In this document: positions 55,965 to 64,000 of the stretch, one piece after another | Layout: each line of letters begins with the position of its first letter | Position numbering within the stretch: the first letter of the stretch is position 1 | Source: Octopus vulgaris | Taxonomy: Eukaryota | Direction: 5' to 3' | DNA length: 64,000 nt | Assembly: GCA_951406725.2 (NCBI GenBank) | Contig: OX597817.1 | Location: forward strand, 73,718,001-73,782,000 | Program-made: the position numbers and the translations under genes | Notes under the pieces: generated by a model | Database searches by the model: none | Seen by the model: only the letters and a program-made list of their open reading frames with translations | What the model was told of the DNA's origin: nothing

Positions 55965-57853
55965 CTATCTTTTTTCGTTCTTACTCGCTTGCTTTCGTTC
56001 ATTTTTTTCCTCACAAGCCTTTATTTATTTACATATTCCAGTAATAGAAATATTGCATTTGATACATTGTTTATATTTAGTCTTAACTTATTTCTTAAGA
56101 AGGAAAAAAAATAAAAGCCCCACTAAACAACAACGACAGCGACGACAACACAAAAGAATCTCAACTACTTTGAAAACGAATCCCTTGACTATTATATGCG
56201 AAAATCTCATTGGAAAATTGTAATGACTGGAGTGAAACGAATAATCTAAAGCGAATGTTCTTTGTTATATAACCTTCCTAGTTGTATTATAACAGAATCT
56301 TTCAAATGTATTCAGGATACTGATGTATGTATTTCTTTCAATGTGAAACTTTTGAAATGTCGCCATGACATGTGAGCACTTTTGTGTTGGCTGCTTTCTA
56401 TTAGCTAAGTTAGTATTAATATATATATTTATTGTTGTTGAAAGCGTGTGATTTAACGGTTATGGGTGTGCGGCTCATGATCGTCATGTCGTGGGTCCGA
56501 TTCCCGTCGGTGTGTTTTGTCCTTGAGCAAGACGCTTTATTTCATGTTGAACCAGTCTACTCACCTGGAGAAATTGAGTTGTACCTGTGTCACGCTGAAT
56601 CTCCCGGGGAACGGATTTAGCCGATTACATTGTCCCCAGTGCTCAGTTGGTAGTTATTTAATCGACCCCGGACGAAATGCCACTAAACATTTTGTCCGAT
56701 AAGCTAACGTTTCTGCCAGCACATTGAGTGTAGGGGGACAAGTCGATTGCATTAATCCCAGTAATTGACTCGTACTTATTTAAACGATTCCAAATGGATG
56801 TAAAGTAAGATTTGAACTTGGTATGATTTAAACTCAGAACTCTTTTAAACTCTTACTCGTTTCAGCCATGCGGCTGCGATCATGCTGGAGTACCACTGTA
56901 AAGTACCGGAAGAGATACAACTAAGCGTTTTGTTCGACGCGCTAACACTTCTGCCGGCTCACTGCCTTTAAAATTGAACAATTCAATGTGGGATTACATA
57001 AAGCAGCGTGTAAAAGTTAGTTAGAAAAATGGTGATAAAATAAATTCTAACGATGAATAATTTTCCACAGTGGAAAACTTTCTAGGGTTGCTCGTGAAAT
57101 CCCCATAAAACAACGGTCGCCCTGACGACTAGAACAAGTGCTCTCTCCATATTATTTGCTTCCAATTTACAAGCGCATGCTTTGAGTTGACGCGTTCACT
57201 TGAGTCATTCTTGTCTCACCCACCCACATTTGAACAAAATTGCTGGGAGGTAGCACTTTCTTTTCTAATGTCATCTCACTTTTCAAGTGAAACTTGAAAA
57301 GGTTGAATGAGGGCTGTCAAAGAGATAAGTTTCTATCTTCAGCCCTTTAAATCTATTGTTTTTGTTATTGTTGCTTTGGAGGCTGCTGAAATTGGTGTTG
57401 CAGTTGCTGTGCTTATTGTAGCTGCATTCTGCTGTTGCTCCTGATTTCCTTTGTGCTGCTACTGCTTTGTGTTCCTCTATTCCTCTTATAAAGTTGAAAG
57501 ATTTTGAATTTGTATGAAATCATAGTCGCTTTTTAGCTATAATTAAGTTCAGCTATAGTTAAGATCAAAGACATTCCAGTAATAACCATTCAATCTTTCT
57601 CGCAAGCATACCCTATATGTTATGTGTATGTGTGTGTGTGTGTGACTATGTTATTCTACATGCTTTTCGATTCTTCGTTTTGAGATTGGTAAGGGGTCAC
57701 TCGTTGGAGATTTGGTTGCTATTTTAGTATTTCGAGCAGTTACGCAGGGAATTTGTCGTTGGCTTCAAAAAAGAAAACTTAGATATATAACAAATAGAAA
57801 CATTATTATTTCTAAATCTCTCAAAGAGAGATTTTTAATAGCAGTTATTTAAA

Positions 57854-58034
57854 GTAAAGACTATTTGTGAACATAATGTGGCTGTCCTGGAAGGGACAAT
57901 TGTTACTGTAGTACGTGTTGGAGTGGAGGAAACTTCGTTTCCAGCTGGCTAACCAGCTGGAAACGATGTTGTCTGGGGCTAAATAAAATCGTCTCTTCCA
58001 GGACAGCTACATTATGTTGGCAAATAGTCTTTAC
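57854..58034. repeat. ~180-bp imperfect hairpin (MITE-like)
   Basis: gtaaagactatttg..acataatgtggctgtcctggaag / cttccaggacagctacattatgt..caaatagtctttac; centre 'tcgtttccagctgg ctaa ccagctggaaacga'. Confidence 0.85.
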
Positions 58035-58521
58035 ATTAGATATATAACATCTCACATTTACTCCAATTGCCTCTTTGTCCATTTCTGGCTGTAATTGTAA
58101 TCCATTCACTACTTTTTAATTTCCACTGACTATTATTTGACCGATCTATCAAAGAAAATTCCGTCTAAAATGTCTGATATTTTTTTATTCTTCACAGCAA
58201 TGAAATTTTCAGATACCTACATTAGATATGCAACAGTAAAATTTAGAAGCAAAAATGAAAATCTGACATATATACACACACATACGCCCGCGCGCGATAC
58301 ATTAATGAAACACATAATGAAATAAAATAAATATACAAATATTAATTTAAAATATTTAAATTAAATCAGATTTTATGAATGTATCAAAAAGAAGGAAAAT
58401 ATATGCTCTGATTCTAGAAAATTATGAAATAAAAATAAAAATCTAAGAAAGTTAACAATATGGCTGACTGTGACGGTTGTCACGTCTCAGTTACTATGTC
58501 TACGACTACATGCTCTATCAG

Positions 58522-58601
58522 AGAAGAAGAAGAAGCAGGGGAAGAAGGAGGAGAAGAAGAAGAAGAAGAAGAAGAAGAAGAAGAAGAAGAAGAAGAAGAA
58601 G

Positions 58602-58631
<30 letters not shown>
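58522..58631. repeat. (GAA)n microsatellite
   Basis: Seen directly. Confidence 0.97.
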
Positions 58632-58632
<1 letters not shown>

Positions 58633-60810
58633 TATTGCTAATTATACATCTTATGTTTCCCTGGAATGAATTTGAAGATGTTACAGCTTAAGATATATAA
58701 CTCTGTGGTAGGAGAAGGAAATGAATCAAACTTCGGTGACACAGTAGTGGTAATATGAATAGTAGTTTCATGCATAGAAACAATGCCAGGATGTAAAGGA
58801 AGAAGTTTGTTGATTAAATTGACTAAAGTGACTCCAGTAATTAACCGGTCCTTTATTTTATAAACCTTAGCAGGACGGAAAGCAACAGATAATTTGGCGA
58901 GATTTGAACTTGGAACTTACAGAGTTGGAACAAATAACGCAAAGTATTTTCACCGGCGATCTACCGATTCTGTCAAAGCATTGCACTAAATAATCCTTCA
59001 TAACACAGGACACAGAGTTAAAAATTTGAGGGAGACGGTTTAGACGATTAAATCGACCCCAGTGCTCAAGTGGTAGTTTAAGAATAAAGGGCTGGTCTGC
59101 CCTAGATCGAACATAAATACCGCAAGATATTTTGCTCTGGAAGTTATGTAATTAATAATCATTATTTCTAACTCACTTTGAAGACCACGCATTTCAATGA
59201 AGAGTGAAGTCAATGTAATTGACCCTCTTTGTTATATAAAAAGAAACGTCATACTCAGTGTTGGGCGCGCTGTGTCCTTAACGCACTTCATTTCATTTTG
59301 TTCTAATACATTCGGCTGTAATGAGTACTAGCCAGGTTCATGTGCAGCCGTCTTTCTCTTTCTCTCCCTCTCCATCCCGAATGTCTCGCTGGCTGAAGAG
59401 TGAAAGTACTGAGAAAGTATCCATATCTGCTCACGAGCACATAAATACATAACATAATCAGTGAAAGCGTGATACATGTTACCACGCTATACACGCTCAT
59501 TTCTAACACTAGCTGTAATGTATAGTAAAAAATTTATCCCTGATTTGGTAAGTAGAGTGAAGGCTATGCTTCGCAAACGAGATCAGTACAAGGATCAGTA
59601 CATGACCATAAATTGCAAGAAAAAAAATATTATTCATTAACTAACATCGTTTTTGCTCACTTTATTATTTAGATGTTTAATGCTATATGCATTAAATATG
59701 TTAACATAAATTTTCTTGCGATCTAAAAATGGTCGTCGAAGCGATTTTGCATTACAAGATGAATATATTTTAATTCTTCTTACGATGTCAAACCACACAG
59801 CTTCGTGTTATTCGCTTTAAAGGAGCAAAACCGTAATAGCAAGCTTCCAATAAATAATTTTTCTTCAAAGAGTCTCTGAAACAGGGTGAAAGAAAGAAAT
59901 CAATCCTCATGAGTTTGCATTATACAGAGATTACTCCGTCCTTATTTCATTAAGACATTTGATTAACATTTATTTATGCCATTCCATCCAGTTCTCACAT
60001 AGTTTCAGTCTGGTGTAATATGTAATGTGGACGTCAGAGTAATCCTGAAAGACATTGGTTCAAGTTCCATTAGAATAGTTTAACGTTCAATCTGTCTCAA
60101 ATCAGTAATGTGGACACGTTTCCTTTCATTGTCCACAGAATGGTTGTAAAAGTATCGTTGTCTTCATCGTCGATGTTGTTTAGATCCACATCCGATGGAC
60201 CATATTTATAATCAAAGGCAAAATTGACATGATCAACCCAACTTATTTGAGACTCAGTGCAACATAGGAAAACACTATCTAATATGTCCTTTATTAAGAT
60301 TTCATGTTGTAATTTGGAGGAGATTTGGCTGCTATTTCTAGCAGATCAAATGACTATGTAGATCTCCTCTTTTATTATGTAATGTATACTGCAATAGAGT
60401 TCCAAGACATTCCATTCTTATTGTGTTCATGACTTTTTCGTGTCAAACAATTTACAGTGGGACCTCGTTATTCAGGTCACCGGATCCCTTTCAGATGGCA
60501 GAGCTAATTCAGAGTAGGTGTTGAATGTTCACGCTAAGGTTCCGTTTTGTCTCATGAAATACAATGACACAATTTTGGATCTCCATCGTTCAAAAAATGG
60601 CATGGACCATACTTAAGACATTCTTATAAAGACATTATTTCAGTTATAGACACGATTATATACAGAAGAGAAGGAAAGAGGGAGAGAGACAGAATGAGAA
60701 GGAAGGTGCCGCGGAAGAAAGAAAAATGAAAAAGTTAGAGAGGAAAGCGGAGGCAAGCAGCCGCCTAAATAGATATAGGTATGAGAAAATACACGAAAAG
60801 AGGAGAGCCA

Positions 60811-60857
<47 letters not shown>

Positions 60858-63473
60858 TATGCGAACATAGGTTGGCAGATTGATAGACAGATAAATAGTT
60901 AGATAGATATATTGAAAAAGATACACAAAAAATACTCAGGAACAGTGAGAGACAAGCAAACAAGGATAAAGAGACTGGGAAGGAAGAGAGTATAAAGAAA
61001 GACTCAGTGAGAGTAAAACAAACAAACCGACAGAAATAGGAATAGAAAGAAAGAAACAGAATAAAAGCGAAAACACAAACCGACGTAGATAGGGACACAC
61101 ACATACACACACACACACATACACAGGTAGATAAATAGATAGATAGATAGATAGATAGATAGAGAGAGAGAGGGGGTGAGAAAGAGGGGAAGAGGAAGAA
61201 GCACTGTGACAAACAGACAGACAAGAGAGGTAAATAGTTTGAGGCCATATAGAATAACGAATAAAATATCCTGACAACAAACACGAAAATATACCTGCTG
61301 TGGCTTTGAACTCACAAACCAGGTGTTGATAATAATTAAGTTTGTTCCTGTACAAATGAAAAAAATAGAGAGAAAATCTCGAACCAGATTTACAAACATC
61401 CTTATATAATTGTACGTTACTAAGAGATATGGTTTCGGATAACAATTGGTACTAGTGGATGGAAATAATGTGAGAAATATAGACTGAAATAACAACTACC
61501 AGATCAGCCATAAGGACACCACAAGAGCTCAACAAGGGATCTGCACGGATTATATTTTAATAGCATTGAAAGAAATCATCAAAAGACTGACATTCGCCAT
61601 TTTACAAAGAGTTAGAGGAGAAATGAAAATAAATAAATCTTTCGAGAGGAAATCCAAATAAATAACGTTTACATATTGAATACGTTTGTGTAATACGATA
61701 TATATCAAACATTTGTTCGCATATCCGGTGCTCTGTGATCCGAGCGTTGAGGAATTGTTTTATATTCTTTAAAAATTACGTTTTGTAGCACAATCGACCC
61801 AGTTTCGATTCTCTTCAGTATGACAATTTAGTTAATATGATTTTTTCCTTTCAAATTTTGGCACAAGACCAGCAATGTTATGGAGATGGGGTAAATCGAA
61901 CCAGTGCTTGATTGGTGCTTATTTTATCGATCGGCGATATTTGAACTCAGAATGTAAAGAATCGGAAGAAATACTGCAAAGCATTTTTTCCCAACACTAA
62001 TAATTCAGCCAGCTTTCCACTTTAGTTGATATTATAAATGACCATTTTAAACTTTACCAAAAGACCAAATGGAGCAATTATAAATAGAATCGAAGACAGT
62101 ATACTAGCATCTGTTGTTAGAGTTGCTTAAGTCCTGGAAAATCTCGATTGATAAGATTTAATTACTCTTTCTAGTATGTCAAGATATATTCTTTTCTTTC
62201 AAATTTTGGCAGATATGTTCCCTTGACGGTAGAGTAAAAGGCTTTGTGTTCATATGACCTGTGATGAAAGGCAATCCAGCTGTTCTCATTCCGTCTTTAT
62301 AAGAGCTATATTATCTAGAATTGCATTATTTAAATATCAATGTAGAGTGACATAGCCATCTTAGACTGAAAGTGAACCATTGCCTGTTAGTAACTTATTA
62401 CGTCCGAAAAGAATCATTTGTGATATTTATGCATTCTCCAGCACAACGATGCAAGGAAAATTAAATAAAGACTAACTAGGAATCGAAACAGGTGAGTTGA
62501 CTTCGTCGTGTTAGTTTCCAATCAATGCATTGCTATGCTAATGACAAGGTGAGAGGTCTTAATTCTGAAACTATACTAAATAACTGAAATTTGTGCAAGG
62601 GAAGTAATATCGAATATCTGACGTTTTACGAAGGGAATTGAGAAAATTAGGTGAGAGATTCGTGGGAAGTAGGCGCTTTTTAAATTTTTCCTCTTGACGA
62701 CATGACATTCTCACGACATACTCCAGCGGCTGACCCACTGACATGCTATGTCACCTCTCTGTTGATCCTTGTAGCTAGCTAGTCTTGTCCTATCTCGGCT
62801 CATTCATCTCTCCTTCTCTCATTACTGACGCTGCATCCGAACTCCCAAGGCTCTGCACTCACCTAACCATTATGTTCAGTCAGTTCCTTTCCAGTTGTCC
62901 CTACTCATGATTGTTTTTTTTTCTTTTTCTGGTCCCGATTTATAAACAGCTTAAGCATGATGTTAACTACATCAATTTCACCGGGCTCAGAGGGACTATA
63001 AAACCCACATGAACTTTCCTTGCCTCTTGTCCTAAAAAGAAACTTGAACTTGTCACTGCAAGGCCAACATTACACTCGTCAATTTACATTGCTTCTTGTG
63101 CTATCAGTAATGTAGATTCTAGCTCGGTCATTGATAATAAAATTGTCTTCACTGCGGCCACAAAACAAATATCAGTCATAAGACGCGAACGTTCTTAGAT
63201 TTCGCTTAGTTTTCCAATATCTGATTCCGATATAGATTCAGCAATCTACGCCCTCCTTCACATGCTAGTAGACAGTGCTTGATACATACTTATAGTTTGT
63301 GACTCACTGTTTATTTGGATTTCTGGTCGAGTTCTTCGTTGTTGCGTATTTCAATCGTTTGATCTCTATTTCGACATTTAAGGAACGAACAATACGAAAC
63401 ACGCACGCGCGCGCGCGCGCACACACACACACACACACTTTATATGTGTGTGTATGTATACACATCACATACA

Positions 63474-63514
<41 letters not shown>

Positions 63515-63734
63515 TCTCTGCCCTTGCAGAGATAAATCGACTTATGGTCTCCTTATGTCTGAAATGAACATTCCCTAGACTAGTCTTAACTTTTCAGCAC
63601 AGTGTAGGTGTAGGTCACCATCTGGCTACTGGCTAGACGGAGCTGCAGCCGGCCGTATTGTTATCGTTCTGCTGCTATACTAGCTAAAAGGTCACCGGTA
63701 CGGTACGGTGCTGTGCTGCCTCTCCACAACTTAC

Positions 63735-63759
63735 TTATCCACCACTCAGTCCATCTCCG
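63735..63759 (-). CDS. Candidate 25-nt micro-exon of an unidentified host gene
   Basis: Minus strand: CTAAC branch point..tatttacAG|CGGAGATGGACTGAGTGGTGGATAA|GTAAGT, in non-repetitive flanks. Confidence 0.4.
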
Positions 63760-64000
63760 CTGTAAATAGATACGATGGCTGTTAGGTATATTGCAGCACA
63801 CTGTATTACGGTACGGAGTGGAGAGAGAAACTACAATAGAATTTCGAGTGTTTTGTAAGTTTGCAAGCACTACTTTGGTTGTTGCTGTTGTTGTTTAGAG
63901 TGGATCAGTCTTGATTGGATTGATCTATAATCAAAGACATTCCAGTCATGACTATCCCTTCTTCCAGGTAGGTCGACTATGCGAAAGATTTCTCAACTGT

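Noticed and set aside
59393-59412. CTGAAGAgtGAAAgtact hammerhead-like core (similar case near 57330 on the minus strand)
   Set aside because: No stem II and no valid cleavage triplet.

Overview
AT-rich animal genomic DNA, probably octopus (inferred from SINE families and dense (AT)n/(ATAC)n/(GATA)n/(AAT)n tracts). No complete host gene is visible, and most listed ORFs are microsatellite artefacts. The window is mostly transposon-derived. It holds two tandem 5'-truncated R4/Dong-type LINEs in (AAT)n and three L1/Tx1-like 3' ends, all abutting (CTAT)n. There is a decayed Helitron Rep ORF interrupted by a ~1.1 kb multi-exon gene-like fragment, plus non-autonomous Helitrons, a Gypsy integrase/LTR remnant, mariner and Tigger-type elements, and CR1-like and Penelope fragments. 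Many tRNA-type SINEs, several hammerhead-ribozyme motifs and many long fold-back palindromes are also present. A 25-nt candidate micro-exon lies near the right end. All calls were made by eye; boundaries are approximate.
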